From: Clostridia bacterium
GTDB taxonomy: Bacteria; Bacillota; Clostridia; TANB77; CAG-508
Reading direction: 5' to 3'
Length of the DNA: 64,000 nucleotides
Assembly: GCA_022797145.1 (NCBI GenBank)
Contig: JAAWKA010000007.1
Location: forward strand, 1,589 to 65,588
Below, piece by piece: positions 11,218 to 22,812 of this stretch. The notes beneath the pieces are model-generated. The model had not been told where the DNA came from, did no database searches, and was given only the letters and a program-made list of their open reading frames with translations. Position 1 is the stretch's first letter. The number at the start of each line of letters is the position of its first letter. Made by a program: the position numbers and the translations under genes.

Positions 11218-12792
11218 TTATATGAATAGTTTTGTCTTTTTGTTTGGTTTTATGCTTAAATCTTTTTTATCTACATTTTTTATTTCTATACTTTTTTCTA
11301 ATATATCAACATCATATATATTTAGTTTTAGTATTTGATTTTCTTGTATCAATTCTAATGTTATATTTTCCAAATTCATTATTTTAGTAGTTAATATATT
11401 CTCTATTATTTCTAAATTTTTTTCTTCTTCTAAAAAAACTTTGCTAATTACTTTTAATTCATATGCTCTTTTTAGCAAATTTTGTATTAATTCTAATTTC
11501 TCTTTTTGTAATTCTGGTTCATCTTTTACTTGCTTTTGTTTTTCTATATATAAATATTCATAATATCTATACATATATATGTGGTTTATTATAATATCTT
11601 TTTCTTTGGCTCTTTTTATATTTATAATAAAGCATTTTATAAATAATTTTTGTAAATTTATTAATTCTGTCTTCTTTTGTTCGTCTGTATCTTCTTTTTC
11701 TATATTTTTTAATAATTCTAGTTGTTTTTTTATTTGTTGTTTTACTTTTACATAATGATTAGGTTCTAATATTTGATTTTCTTCTTCCATTGAAAGTATT
11801 AATTTTTTTCTTTGCTTTGTTAATATTTCAGCTAAATGACTTAAACTAAATATTTTATTATATTCTGGAAGCTTTTTATTTCTTTTTATAAATTCTTCTT
11901 CTAATAATTTTTTGTCATTTTGTATAGAGTCTATTTCTCTTATTTTTTTTATTGTTTCTTTTTTACTTTTCCATACTTCCTCTAATAACTGTGCTTTATT
12001 TTCTAATCTTTGTAATTCTAATTCTAATACTTTTTTTTCTTCTAATAATCTTTGTTTTTCTTTTTGATTATTCTTACAACTTATTAATATAGAAAGTCTG
12101 TAAACTATATCTAGTATTTCTTCAGCATTTTGCTTCTCATAGAGATATTCTAATGTTTCTCTTACCATTTTTACATAATCTTTGATTTCATTTGTATGAA
12201 CCCAATCTTTTATAAATTTTATTCCAAGTAAATATATTAAGTTTTGATATATTAAATTTGTTTGAATATCTAGTATCTCATCTTCTACTGTATTCCAAGA
12301 CCAGCCATTAAAATCTCTTAATACTTCTGTATTATTAATATTCTCTCCTAAATTTAATAATTCTGATAGGCTAACTCTTATTAAATTATATTTTTCATCT
12401 AAATATACTTGTCTATCATCTATTTCATATATTGCATATAATAGTTTTTTTTCATTTGGGTAGACTATCTTTATTGTTCTTTCTATCTTTTCTATATGAT
12501 AGCTCTTGTTACTTTGTAATATATCCTTTCCTTCTTCTGTGTTTTCTTCTATTTGTTTTATATGTTTACATTTTTCTTTTATAATTTTTAAAATTTGTTC
12601 TATATAATCTTTTTTACTTTCTACTATTCTTTTTACATTTATATAATCTATATATCCTGCTTCTATCTTATATAACATGGAAAGAAGAAGATTTTTTATA
12701 TTGCTTGAAAAATCTTTTTCTTCTAAAATCATTTCTAATTCATTATTATAATCTTTGGCATTTAATTTTGATAAAATCTTCTCTTTTTCCAT
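11218..12792 (-). CDS. Hypothetical K/E-rich coiled-coil protein (524 aa)
   Basis: Long uninterrupted ORF in an operon-like position between ftsK and the beta-CASP RNase gene; no recognisable motif. Confidence 0.6.
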   Translation of the reverse strand: MEKEKILSKLNAKDYNNELEMILEEKDFSSNIKNLLLSMLYKIEAGYIDYINVKRIVESKKDYIEQILKIIKEKCKHIKQIEENTEEGKDILQSNKSYHIEKIERTIKIVYPNEKKLLYAIYEIDDRQVYLDEKYNLIRVSLSELLNLGENINNTEVLRDFNGWSWNTVEDEILDIQTNLIYQNLIYLLGIKFIKDWVHTNEIKDYVKMVRETLEYLYEKQNAEEILDIVYRLSILISCKNNQKEKQRLLEEKKVLELELQRLENKAQLLEEVWKSKKETIKKIREIDSIQNDKKLLEEEFIKRNKKLPEYNKIFSLSHLAEILTKQRKKLILSMEEENQILEPNHYVKVKQQIKKQLELLKNIEKEDTDEQKKTELINLQKLFIKCFIINIKRAKEKDIIINHIYMYRYYEYLYIEKQKQVKDEPELQKEKLELIQNLLKRAYELKVISKVFLEEEKNLEIIENILTTKIMNLENITLELIQENQILKLNIYDVDILEKSIEIKNVDKKDLSIKPNKKTKLFI

Positions 12793-12807
12793 AGATTCTC
12801 CTTCATT

Positions 12808-15366
12808 TTATTCTTCTACATTTTGAGTAATTTGAGCTTCTTGTTCTTGTGGTTTAGACATTTTTAATTCTGCCCATCTTTCTTTACTCATTAAAACTTG
12901 GCGTGGCTTACTTCCCTCATATCCTGATACAATTCCTCTACTCTCCATTTGGTCTATAATTCTTCCTGCTCTTGCATAGCCTACTTTAAATTTTCTTTGT
13001 ATAAATGAAGCTGAAGCTTGTCCTGTTTCAATAACAGTTTCTATAGCTTCCATTAGAAATGGATCTGTATCATCTTGTTCAGCTTCTTTTTCTAAATCAT
13101 GATCACTTTTATTGGCATTTTCTATTTTTTCTAAAATATCATCACTATATTGTGGTCCTGAATCTACTTTGACAAAATCTACTATTTTTTCTACTTCTTT
13201 ATCTGAAATAAACGCTCCCTGTAATCTAGTTGGTTTTGGTGCTCCTGATGGATAAAATAACATATCTCCTTTTCCCAACAATTTTTCTGCTCCTACCATG
13301 TCTAATATAGTTCTTGAATCTACTTGTGATGAAACTGCAAAGGCAATCCTTGAAGGTATATTAGCTTTTATAATACCTGTTATTACATCTACAGAAGGTC
13401 TTTGTGTTGCAATTACTAGATGCATTCCCGCTGCTCTTGCCATTTGAGCAAGTCTACATATTGCATCTTCTACATCCTTTGCTGCAACCATCATTAAGTC
13501 TGCTAATTCATCTATTATTATTACTATTTGAGGTAATTTTCCTCCTCCTTCTTCTTTTTCTATTGCTGCATTATATCCTTTAACATCTCTTACACCTTTT
13601 TGTGCAAATTTTTCATACCTTTCCACCATTTCTTGAACTGCCCAAGCCAACGCACCTGCTGCTTTTTTAGGATCTGTTACTACTGGTATTAGTAGGTGTG
13701 GTATTCCATTGTAAACAGATAGTTCTACTACTTTAGGATCTACCATTACTAGTTTTACTTCACTTGGTTTTGCTTTGTATATAATACTTGTGATTAGAGT
13801 GTTTATACATACACTTTTTCCAGATCCAGTTGAACCTGCTATTAAAACATGAGGCATTTTTCCTATATCTGCTACTACTTCTTTTCCTGCAACATCTTTT
13901 CCTAGAGCAAATGCTAGTTTTGATTCATACTCTGAAAAACTTTCTGTTTGTATAATATCTCTTAAGTGCACAATTTCATTTTCCTTATTTGGAACTTCTA
14001 TTCCTACTGCTTGTTTTCCTGGAATTGGTGCTTCTATTCTTATTGATTCTGCTGCTAAATTTAAGGCTATATCATCTGCTAAATTTGCTATTTTATTTAC
14101 ACGCACTCCCTCTGCTGGTTTTAATTCATATCTAGTAATAGACGGCCCAACAGATACATTCTCTACTTTTGCTGATACTCCAAAACTGTATAAGGTTTTT
14201 TGCAATTTTGTTGCATTATCTGCAATTGCTTTTTTTCCACCTTTTATTGTCCTTGCTTCTCCTGCACTTAATAGTTGGATTGGTGGAAATTCGTAATTTT
14301 CATCTTCTACTGTTATAGAATGTTCTAATGTTAATACTTCTTTTGTTTTGTCTACTTTTACTGGTTCTTCTGTTTTAAATAGGTTAGCTTCTAATTCGTC
14401 TGGTGAAGATTTAACAATTTCTTTTTTTTCTACTTCCTGAAAAATCGGTTCTGGTTGATTTGTTACTGGAATAATCTCATCATCAAACTTTGATATTGTT
14501 CTTGTTTTTATTGGTTTATTCATTCCTAAAGGTATTAAATCATCTTCGCTATGATCATATCTTTGTAAATCTGTTTGATTGTTTAAATTAATTTTTATTT
14601 GTTCTTCTGTATCATCATCTAATGGAATATCTATTGAACTCTTCTTATTTTTTCCTTTTATTTGTTTTTTATTATTTTTTTCGTAATATTTCTTTGGAAT
14701 TACTTTTTCTTCTTCTTCCTCTTCTTCTTCATAATATTCTTCTTCTTCTTTTTCTCTTTGTCGTTCTTGCATTTGTTCTATAGTTTGTGTAATAAATTTG
14801 GAAGGATGGATGTTTAGCATATTTACTAATACTATAATTCCTATTCCTAGTGATAAAATAACTGCTCCTGTTATTCCTAATAATTGTATACATGGAATTG
14901 CAATAATTACTCCTATTACTCCTCCACCTATATTTTTTTCTCCTAACTCATATGCTTGTGAGATTATTTTTCCAAAGTCTACACTTATATCTATATTTTC
15001 TGTCGAAATTTGATATATACACATAATACTTGCTATACATATCAAAAATATAGCGTACTTTATTAATTTAGGTGATAGTGTTTCTTTTTTTTCACATGCT
15101 AGGTTGATGGCTATTGCAAATGTCCCAATTGGTAGTATGTATTTCATCCATCCCATAATACCTCCAAGCATTGGACTTAGGTGTTTTCCTATATATCCTG
15201 AGTTCGTATATATTAATACTACTAGTAATATACTGATAATTATCATTCCTACTACTGCTAAATCTATATCTATATTTTTTTGTTTTCTTTTATTTATATT
15301 TTTTCTCTTGCTATTAGTATTCTTTTTTGCTCTTTTTCCTTGTGCCATTTTTCTACATCCTTTCAT
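12808..15366 (-). CDS. ftsK: DNA translocase FtsK/SpoIIIE
   Basis: N-terminal TM helices, acidic linker, Walker [11 protein letters not shown]-terminal gamma winged helix ([18 protein letters not shown]). Confidence 0.95.
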   Translation of the reverse strand: MKGCRKMAQGKRAKKNTNSKRKNINKRKQKNIDIDLAVVGMIIISILLVVLIYTNSGYIGKHLSPMLGGIMGWMKYILPIGTFAIAINLACEKKETLSPKLIKYAIFLICIASIMCIYQISTENIDISVDFGKIISQAYELGEKNIGGGVIGVIIAIPCIQLLGITGAVILSLGIGIIVLVNMLNIHPSKFITQTIEQMQERQREKEEEEYYEEEEEEEEKVIPKKYYEKNNKKQIKGKNKKSSIDIPLDDDTEEQIKINLNNQTDLQRYDHSEDDLIPLGMNKPIKTRTISKFDDEIIPVTNQPEPIFQEVEKKEIVKSSPDELEANLFKTEEPVKVDKTKEVLTLEHSITVEDENYEFPPIQLLSAGEARTIKGGKKAIADNATKLQKTLYSFGVSAKVENVSVGPSITRYELKPAEGVRVNKIANLADDIALNLAAESIRIEAPIPGKQAVGIEVPNKENEIVHLRDIIQTESFSEYESKLAFALGKDVAGKEVVADIGKMPHVLIAGSTGSGKSVCINTLITSIIYKAKPSEVKLVMVDPKVVELSVYNGIPHLLIPVVTDPKKAAGALAWAVQEMVERYEKFAQKGVRDVKGYNAAIEKEEGGGKLPQIVIIIDELADLMMVAAKDVEDAICRLAQMARAAGMHLVIATQRPSVDVITGIIKANIPSRIAFAVSSQVDSRTILDMVGAEKLLGKGDMLFYPSGAPKPTRLQGAFISDKEVEKIVDFVKVDSGPQYSDDILEKIENANKSDHDLEKEAEQDDTDPFLMEAIETVIETGQASASFIQRKFKVGYARAGRIIDQMESRGIVSGYEGSKPRQVLMSKERWAELKMSKPQEQEAQITQNVEE

Positions 15367-15451
15367 ATTACAATGATTTTTATACTTAAAAAATCAGAAA
15401 TCGGAAATCAACTCTATTGTTGAATTTCTTTTTTCCAATTTCTGACTTCCT

Positions 15452-15889
15452 CTATTTTAACTCTCTTCTATTATTTTGTATCGTTTTTAGGGCATCTTCT
15501 AAAACAACTTCTAATTTTTCTAAAAGATTATCTGCATAATCTTTTGTTCCTTTTGATATTTCTCTTGACATTTCATTTGCTGTTTCTATAATTTGTGCTT
15601 TTTGTTCATATGCCTTTCTTGTAATTTCATGTTCGTCTATCATAGATATAATCCTGTTTTCTGCTTCTTTTACTATATCATTTGCTTCTTTTTGTGCCTC
15701 TACTAAAATACGTTCTCTTTCTTCTCTAACCCATTTTGCTTGTTTTAATTCATCTGGAAGTTTTAATCTTATTTCTTTTATGATGTCTAAAAGTTCTTCT
15801 TTTTCCACTATACTTTTACCTGAAAAAGGTACTGTTCTACTATTTTCCAAAGTCTCTTCTAAAGTTTCTAATAGTGTAAATATTTCCAT
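15452..15889 (-). CDS. Conserved hypothetical coiled-coil protein (145 aa)
   Basis: ORF 4 nt downstream of rsmD on the same strand; helical E/K-rich sequence; family not recognised. Confidence 0.6.
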   Translation of the reverse strand: MEIFTLLETLEETLENSRTVPFSGKSIVEKEELLDIIKEIRLKLPDELKQAKWVREERERILVEAQKEANDIVKEAENRIISMIDEHEITRKAYEQKAQIIETANEMSREISKGTKDYADNLLEKLEVVLEDALKTIQNNRRELK

Positions 15890-15893
15890 TGTT

Positions 15894-16451
15894 TTACCCC
15901 TTTCGATTTAAGAATATAAGTTTAATTCTTCCATATTTTCTTAAATCATATACATTAACGTTTATTTTGTCTAAACTTTCTAATTCTCTTTTTTCATCAT
16001 CTGTTTCTATAATGATAATTCCTTTTTTTTCTAATAAGTCTAAATTAATTATTTTCTCTACTGCTTTTATGGCAATGTTTTTAGCATATGGTGGATCTAC
16101 AAATATAATATCAAATTTTTCTTTTTTGTAGAAATCTTCTAACGCCTTTATATAATCTTTTTTTATTATTATGCTATTCTCTATTAACTTCGTTTTTGTT
16201 AAGTTTTTATTTATTATTTCTGTAGCACTATAAGAATTATCACAAAATACTACTTTTTTAGCTCCTCTACTTAATGCTTCTATTCCTAATGCTCCACTAC
16301 CAGAAAATAAATCTAGTACACTTGCCTGTTTAATGTTTGTTTGTATTATATTAAATAATGCTTCTTTTACTCTATCTAAAGTAGGTCTTGTATCATTTCC
16401 TTCTAGACTATCTAATCTCATTCCTTTTGCGCTTCCACTTATAATTCTCAT
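15894..16451 (-). CDS. rsmD: 16S rRNA (guanine966-N2)-methyltransferase
   Basis: RIISGSAKGMRL N-terminus, SAM motif LDLFSGSGALGIEA, DPPY motif. Confidence 0.85.
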   Translation of the reverse strand: MRIISGSAKGMRLDSLEGNDTRPTLDRVKEALFNIIQTNIKQASVLDLFSGSGALGIEALSRGAKKVVFCDNSYSATEIINKNLTKTKLIENSIIIKKDYIKALEDFYKKEKFDIIFVDPPYAKNIAIKAVEKIINLDLLEKKGIIIIETDDEKRELESLDKINVNVYDLRKYGRIKLIFLNRKG

Positions 16452-16638
16452 ATTTTACCCCTTTTGATATATATATTTTATTAAATATTTTTAATAAGTC
16501 AATAGTAATAATAGAATTGTAACATACATTTAACAATTCTGTAATACTGCCCTTTTTCGCAATTTTTTGATATCTGGCTTTAAAAAATATGTGTCTAAAA
16601 TTAGATAAAATTGTTAAAAAAAACGCCCTATTAGGACG

Positions 16639-17088
16639 TTATTCTTTATTTATTTCTTTTAATATTTCTAACTGTGATATTAATAGTGATTCCATTTTTG
16701 CTTTATATATATCAAATTGTTGTTTTATATCTTCTAATTCTTTTCTTTTTAATATTATTTCTTGTTGTAATCCATCTGCTGATTGTCTTGCATTCATTTG
16801 TGCATCTGCTATTATTTGATCTGCTTGTTGCTTTGCTACTTTTTTTACTTCTTCTGCTGTTGATTGTGCCATCATTAGGGTACTTTGTAATGTATTTTCT
16901 ATTGATTTATAATGAACTAGATCTTCATCTAGTTGTTCTATTCTGGCTCTAAATTCTGTATTTTCTTTGTACATTTTTTCATATTCTGCTGTAACTAAAT
17001 CTAAAAATTCGTCTACTTCATCTACATTGTATCCATTCATCATTTGTTTTGAGAATTTTTTATTTTCTATCTCTAATGGTGTAAGCAT
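16639..17088 (-). CDS. divIVA: DivIVA-domain cell division protein
   Basis: MLTPLEIENKKFSKQMMNGYNVDEVDEFLD is the canonical DivIVA N-terminus; followed by an intrinsic terminator near 16600-16630. Confidence 0.9.
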   Translation of the reverse strand: MLTPLEIENKKFSKQMMNGYNVDEVDEFLDLVTAEYEKMYKENTEFRARIEQLDEDLVHYKSIENTLQSTLMMAQSTAEEVKKVAKQQADQIIADAQMNARQSADGLQQEIILKRKELEDIKQQFDIYKAKMESLLISQLEILKEINKE

Positions 17089-17119
17089 ATGTTAAATCCT
17101 CCTTGGCAATTTATAGTTT

Positions 17120-17596
17120 TTAATTATTTTTTAACCATGATACTGATAATCTATTTCTTATTTCTTCTCTTGCCATATCATTTGCTATTTCATAGTTTGT
17201 TGGCGCTATTAGAAAAATTGAGTTTGATATTTTTTGTATATGACCATCTAAAGCATGTACTGATCCACTTATAAAGTCTACTATTCTTCTTGCAACATCT
17301 TTATTTACATACTCTAAATTTATTATTACAGATTTTCTTTCTTTTAAATAATTACATATTTCTTCTGATTGTTCAAATGTAGTTGGTTGTGATATAACCA
17401 TTCGTATTTGTTGAATTTGTGGCATATTTACTACTTTACTTTTTTTACCAAATATCTTTCTTTCTTCTTCTATTTCATCTTCTTCTGGCTCTTCATATTC
17501 ATATCCATATGCTTTATCTTCTATTTCATCTTCTTCTGCCGCATTTGTATCCATTCCTAGAAAATCCCAAATTTTATTCATTACAGCTCCTGCCAT
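17120..17596 (-). CDS. sepF: Cell division protein SepF
   Basis: Acidic N-terminal region followed by a SepF core (VISQPTTFEQSEEICNYLKERKSVIINL). Confidence 0.9.
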   Translation of the reverse strand: MAGAVMNKIWDFLGMDTNAAEEDEIEDKAYGYEYEEPEEDEIEEERKIFGKKSKVVNMPQIQQIRMVISQPTTFEQSEEICNYLKERKSVIINLEYVNKDVARRIVDFISGSVHALDGHIQKISNSIFLIAPTNYEIANDMAREEIRNRLSVSWLKNN

Positions 17597-17723
17597 TATA
17601 CTACCCTCCCTATTTTCTTCTCCTTAGTATTAATATCTAATAGTATCTTACTTTTTCACCATATTGTCAATACATTTTATTGTTGTAATTTATTTTTAAT
17701 ATTATTGTAATATTATTGTAATA

Positions 17724-18995
17724 TTACGGTTTTATTAATATTTCATCATGTAACATCAAGGTTTGTAATTGCTTTATTTTGGCTTGATCATAACCTAAAG
17801 TTTTTAGTTCTTCTGTTTCATAATTTCTTATTATTGCATAGTCCTTATTTTGTTTTAAAACTTTGACTAATATTTTATCTATATAGTTCATCCTTTTTCT
17901 TTGTACATAATATAAATTTTCGCTTTCTATTCCTTCTGGTGCTTTTTCTATTATTAATGATGTATTGGGTACTTTTAATCCATTATGTCTCCACCATATT
18001 ATATCAAAACTTATTTTTCTATAACTTGATAAAAATTCTATTGCTTCTTCTATTTTAAAAATTATTAATCTTGAATTTTCTTCTTCTGAAATATATTCTA
18101 TTTTTGCATTTATCTCTTCTGCATTTGATAAATGTAAAGTTACTTTATCTCCTATTTTAGCATTTTTTGATTCTTCTGATGTTAAATTTGTTGCAATATA
18201 TGCTGCAAAGTTATCTATTATTTTTCCACTTTCTGTATTACTTGCTACTATTTCTCCTGTCTTGAGTTTTAAATCATCTAAGAATTTTTTATTTAGTGTT
18301 GAAAATGCATCTTTTGTCAATACATTTTCTAATCCATCTACTCTATAAGAAACAATTCCGCTTTCTGATGCTTTTATATATTCAGCTCCTGAGTTTAAAC
18401 TATTTTCATATGAGCTTCTTTCCATTATTAATTTTCTCATGTATGAACCAGCTGGGCTTAATTCACCTGCTATTTTTGCTTTTTTAGTCATTTGAGTATT
18501 TATATCTTTTTTTAGTTCTTCTAATTTTTTTATATCATTTATATTTTTAAATTCTTCTAATTTTTCATCAATTTGTTTTTCTAATAATTTTATATCACTT
18601 GAAAATAAGTCATTTTGATTTTCCATTGCTTCTTGTATTTTTATATCTAATTCTTGGATCTTTTTTACTAATGTTTCTTCGTTATTACTATAATATCTAA
18701 AGACTGGTTCGCCTTTTGATACTTTTTCTCCTTCTGATTTTATTTCCATCATTCCATTTTTATAATTGTTTCCTTGTATAACTGTTTCATTTCTTATTAT
18801 ATAGCCTACTACTGTTTCTTCTTGTGATAGTTTTCCATTTTCTATCATAAATGTATCTGTTGGATGTTTTATTAGCTGCACAATACTATAAGAAAAGCAT
18901 ATGACTATTATTAACATTATTATTAATACTAATCCTACTTTCTTTTTATTTGTTTTTGGAATTTTATTATCATTATTATTAACTTGTTTTCTCAA
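17724..18995 (-). CDS. HlyD-family-like membrane-anchored protein (barrel-sandwich plus coiled coil)
   Basis: N-terminal TM helix and long coiled coil flanked by beta-rich segments; overlaps the miaA stop by 4 nt. Family call is from overall architecture only. Confidence 0.5.
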   Translation of the reverse strand: MRKQVNNNDNKIPKTNKKKVGLVLIIMLIIVICFSYSIVQLIKHPTDTFMIENGKLSQEETVVGYIIRNETVIQGNNYKNGMMEIKSEGEKVSKGEPVFRYYSNNEETLVKKIQELDIKIQEAMENQNDLFSSDIKLLEKQIDEKLEEFKNINDIKKLEELKKDINTQMTKKAKIAGELSPAGSYMRKLIMERSSYENSLNSGAEYIKASESGIVSYRVDGLENVLTKDAFSTLNKKFLDDLKLKTGEIVASNTESGKIIDNFAAYIATNLTSEESKNAKIGDKVTLHLSNAEEINAKIEYISEEENSRLIIFKIEEAIEFLSSYRKISFDIIWWRHNGLKVPNTSLIIEKAPEGIESENLYYVQRKRMNYIDKILVKVLKQNKDYAIIRNYETEELKTLGYDQAKIKQLQTLMLHDEILIKP

Positions 18996-19909
18996 TTTAT
19001 TCCCTCCAAAATAATATTAATATTATTTTGTATACTCTTTTCCCCATCAAGCCATATAATTTGTTCGTTTCTTTTAAACCAAGTAAGCTGTCTTTTAGCA
19101 TATCTCCTGCTTTCTTGTTTTATTTTTTCTATTGCTTCTTCTTTTAATATTTTTTTGTCTAGATAATCTTTTATTTCTTTATATCCTAATGCCTGCATTG
19201 ATGTGGGATGTTCTTTGTATTTTTGCTTTACTTTTTTTACTTCTTGTATTAATCCATGTTCTATCATATTATCTACCCTATTGTTAATTTTTTGATATAA
19301 AATTTCTCTTTCTAAGTTTATGCCATACATGATATAGTTATATTCTACTTCTTTCTTCCTTGATTCTATTTCTTGCTGTGTTTTTGTTTTTCCTGTTTGT
19401 TTATATATTTCTATTATTCTTATAATTCTTTTTCTATCATTTTGACTTATTTTTTTAATTCCTATAGGGTCAATTTCTTTTGCTTTTTTATATAAGCTTT
19501 CTAAGTTTACTTTTGCAATTTCTTCAAGTTCTTTTCTGTAGTTTTCATCAAATTCTATTTCAGGATATTCTATTTCATATATCAGTGAGTCTATATATAA
19601 ACCTGTCCCTCCTACTATTATAGGTATTTTTCCTTTTTCTATTATTTCCTTTATTGCTTGTTTTGCTTGTTTTTTATATTGTGCTACACTATATCTTTGA
19701 TCTGGTGAAACAATATCTATCATATAATGTTTTATTCCTTGCATTTCTTCTTTGGTTGGTTTTGCACTTCCTATATCCATATCCTTATATATCTGCATGG
19801 AATCTGCTGATACTATCTCTCCATCTATTTGTTTGGCAAGTTCTATAGATAGGTTGGTTTTTCCTGAAGCTGTAGGTCCACATATTATAATAACCTTTTT
19901 CTTTTCCAT
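18992..19909 (-). CDS. miaA: tRNA dimethylallyltransferase
   Basis: P-loop GPTASGKT. Start placed at ATG 19909, preceded by GAGGAG; the track ORF extends to 19936. Confidence 0.95.
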   Translation of the reverse strand: MEKKKVIIICGPTASGKTNLSIELAKQIDGEIVSADSMQIYKDMDIGSAKPTKEEMQGIKHYMIDIVSPDQRYSVAQYKKQAKQAIKEIIEKGKIPIIVGGTGLYIDSLIYEIEYPEIEFDENYRKELEEIAKVNLESLYKKAKEIDPIGIKKISQNDRKRIIRIIEIYKQTGKTKTQQEIESRKKEVEYNYIMYGINLEREILYQKINNRVDNMIEHGLIQEVKKVKQKYKEHPTSMQALGYKEIKDYLDKKILKEEAIEKIKQESRRYAKRQLTWFKRNEQIIWLDGEKSIQNNINIILEGIN

Positions 19910-19919
19910 AATATCTCCT

Positions 19920-20345
19920 CTATATTTTATTTGCACTTTGTAATAATCCTATTTGAAAATTTTCTATATATCCTATCTCAAAAATTGCTATTAATATTGT
20001 TAGTATTATTGTTATTATTATTCTCTTAGTTAATATTTGAGGAGATAGTTTTTTTTCTTTATGTTTGTTTATTCCTGCTGCAAGATATGGTACTAGTATT
20101 ATCAGATTTATTGGAGAAAGTATTAGTATTGCTGTTGTCTTCGTTATTTTTAGGTATTCTTCGTTCTCTACTTGTATATTTTTTGTACTTATATTACATA
20201 TTGTTATTGTTATTATAAATATTATTATTGCTGATATTAGTGTAAATTTTATTTTTTCTATTTTCTCAAGATTATAGGTATTATGATATATAATTACTAT
20301 TCCTATTGTATATATTATAATTGATATTATGAAAATTGCTATCAT
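19920..20345 (-). CDS. Small integral membrane protein
   Basis: Four predicted hydrophobic helices. Start placed at ATG 20345 with AGGAGG upstream; the track ORF extends to 20372. Confidence 0.5.
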   Translation of the reverse strand: MIAIFIISIIIYTIGIVIIYHNTYNLEKIEKIKFTLISAIIIFIITITICNISTKNIQVENEEYLKITKTTAILILSPINLIILVPYLAAGINKHKEKKLSPQILTKRIIITIILTILIAIFEIGYIENFQIGLLQSANKI

Positions 20346-20355
20346 ATTTCCTCCT

Positions 20356-22812
20356 TTATTTTCTTCTTGCAAACTTTTTTTCTATATCTTCTTGATTCAT
20401 TTTTATGGCAGTTGGTCTTCCGTGTGGACATGTAAATGGATTTGGTAGTTCTAGTAAGTCTTCTATTAATTTTTCTACTTCTTCTTTATTTAAGCTCATA
20501 TTTGCCTTTACTGCTGCTTTGCATGCTACTGTTGCAATAAACTTTTCTTCTATTTCTTGCTTTGCTGTTCTTGCAACTGTATTTATTTCATCTAATGTTT
20601 CTAAAAATAACTCTTTTGTGTCTAGCTCTATACATATGTCTGGTACTCCTGTTAATTTTATTGTATTTTCTCCAAATTCTTCTAATAAAAATCCTGCTTT
20701 TTCAAACATTTCTATATTATCTTTTAATATATCTATTTCCTTATGAGTTAGAGTAATTACATCTGGTAGTAATAATATTTGTGAGTCTTTTTTTTCTTCT
20801 GAATAATAATTTTTCTTTACTTTCTCATACATTATTCTTTCATGTGCTGCATGTTGGTCTATAATATACATTTCTTTTTTTATTTCTATTATTATGTATG
20901 TATTAAATGCAATTCCGATAAATTTATATACTGGTTTATTGTATTCTTCTATTTCTTCAAATACAGATATATTATTATCTTTTATTAGTTCATATGCATC
21001 CATTTTTTGTTCTTCCTGCTTTTTCTTTTCTTCTACTGAAGCTGGTAATTTTCCAAATATTTTTTCATACATTCCAACAAATTCTTTATTATGTTCTATA
21101 TTGTGTTCTTCCATTTTGTCTAATTTTTCTATCATTTCATTTATTTGTTTGTCTGTAAGTTTGGTTTCTTGTTCTATTTTTTCATCTATATTTATATTAT
21201 TATCTTCTTTTATATCTTTTTCTTGTGTTTCAAATATTTGTGAATTTAATTCTGCTTTTAATTCTTGTTCCCCTTTTTGTATCTCTTGTTCAATTTTATT
21301 TTCTTGTCTTATTTTTATATTTTGATTATTATAATTTTCCTTTTTCTCCAATTCCAAGATTTGATTAGTTTGTACAGTATCTATATTAATAGTATCTTGT
21401 ACTATTTCAATTTTTTCATTATTTACTGTTCCTTCTTTTATATTATTAGTTTGTCTTATGATTTCATCAATATCTGTTTTTATATTACTATTTTCAGCTT
21501 CTTGTTTTAATCTTTGTTGCATTGCAAGAAGTTCTTTTACTACATCCATCTTTTTTGAGTTTGATGTATTATAATCAGATTGTTTTTGTATAGAAATTGT
21601 TTGTGTGTCTTGTATAGAATATGGTTTTATATTTTCTTTTTCATTATTTCTCTTGTTGTATATGTCCATAATCATATTGTTATTTGTTATATCATTTATG
21701 TTTGTTTCTTGTTTATCTGCATTTTTTACTATTTTTCTAAACAAATCTGTTATATTTGATTGTTGGTTTTGCCTTTTTTTTGATATTATCGTTGGTTCTT
21801 CTTGTTTTATATTTTCTACTAGCTCTGTTTTCAATACAGTTTCTTTTATTGCATGATATACAGCTTTAAATACTTTACTTTCTTCTTGGAATCTTACTTC
21901 TAATTTAGCAGGATGTACATTAACATCTACTTTGCTTGGTTCAATTTCTATATTTAAAACTGAAAATGCGTATTTACCAACTGGCAATAGTCCTTTAAAA
22001 CTATTTTCTATTGAGCTTGATAAGGTTTTATCTTTTACATATCTGCCATTTACAAAAAATATTTGATTTGCCCTATTTGATCTTGCTATTTCTGGTTTAC
22101 CTATTACTCCTTTTATATATATTTCTTCATATTTATAGTCTACTTCTAAAACACCTGCTGCTATATCTTTCCCATATATGGCATATATTACATCTTGAAT
22201 TTTTCCATTTCCTGAGGTCTGTATTATAGTTTTTCCTGTATTAATTAGTTTAAATGCAATATTGGGATTTACTAATGCAAGTCTTGTAATTATATCTTCA
22301 ATATAACCTGACTCTGTATAGTCTTTCTTTAGAAATTTATATCTAACTGGGGTATTGAAAAATAAATTTTGTACTGTAATTGTTGTTCCTACAGGACAGC
22401 CTATTTCTTCTATAGATTTTACATTTCCAGCTTCTACTATTATTTTATTTCCTATTTGTTGTTCTTCTGTTTTTGATATCATTTCTACATTTGAAATTGC
22501 TGAAATACTTGCTAATGCTTCTCCCCTAAAGCCCATAGATTTAACATTTTCCAAATCTTCCGCACTTCTAATTTTACTTGTAGCATGTCTTTCAAATGAA
22601 ATTTCTAAGTCGTCTTGTTTTATCCCTTTTCCATTATCACTAATACGAATATAAGAAATTCCTCCATTTTTTATTTCTATGTTTATAATATTTGCTCCTG
22701 CATCTATTGAGTTTTCTACCATTTCTTTTACTACAGATGCTGGTCTTTCTATTACTTCTCCTGCTGCTATTTTGTTAATTGTTAGTTCATCTAATAATAC
22801 AATATTACCCAT
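20356..22812 (-). CDS. mutL: DNA mismatch repair protein MutL with an expanded low-complexity linker
   Basis: N-terminal GHKL ATPase motifs (IAAGEVIERPASVVKE, DNGKGI), C-terminal dimerisation domain (QHAAHERI, CPHGRP), and a long N/K/E/Q-rich linker. Confidence 0.95.
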   Translation of the reverse strand: MGNIVLLDELTINKIAAGEVIERPASVVKEMVENSIDAGANIINIEIKNGGISYIRISDNGKGIKQDDLEISFERHATSKIRSAEDLENVKSMGFRGEALASISAISNVEMISKTEEQQIGNKIIVEAGNVKSIEEIGCPVGTTITVQNLFFNTPVRYKFLKKDYTESGYIEDIITRLALVNPNIAFKLINTGKTIIQTSGNGKIQDVIYAIYGKDIAAGVLEVDYKYEEIYIKGVIGKPEIARSNRANQIFFVNGRYVKDKTLSSSIENSFKGLLPVGKYAFSVLNIEIEPSKVDVNVHPAKLEVRFQEESKVFKAVYHAIKETVLKTELVENIKQEEPTIISKKRQNQQSNITDLFRKIVKNADKQETNINDITNNNMIMDIYNKRNNEKENIKPYSIQDTQTISIQKQSDYNTSNSKKMDVVKELLAMQQRLKQEAENSNIKTDIDEIIRQTNNIKEGTVNNEKIEIVQDTINIDTVQTNQILELEKKENYNNQNIKIRQENKIEQEIQKGEQELKAELNSQIFETQEKDIKEDNNINIDEKIEQETKLTDKQINEMIEKLDKMEEHNIEHNKEFVGMYEKIFGKLPASVEEKKKQEEQKMDAYELIKDNNISVFEEIEEYNKPVYKFIGIAFNTYIIIEIKKEMYIIDQHAAHERIMYEKVKKNYYSEEKKDSQILLLPDVITLTHKEIDILKDNIEMFEKAGFLLEEFGENTIKLTGVPDICIELDTKELFLETLDEINTVARTAKQEIEEKFIATVACKAAVKANMSLNKEEVEKLIEDLLELPNPFTCPHGRPTAIKMNQEDIEKKFARRK

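Noticed and set aside
14690-14760. Glu-rich codon run in ftsK and the low-complexity stretch in mutL (about 21000-21900), considered as tandem repeats or insertions.
   Set aside because: They stay in frame within linker regions that are naturally variable. No exact repeat unit could be defined by eye.
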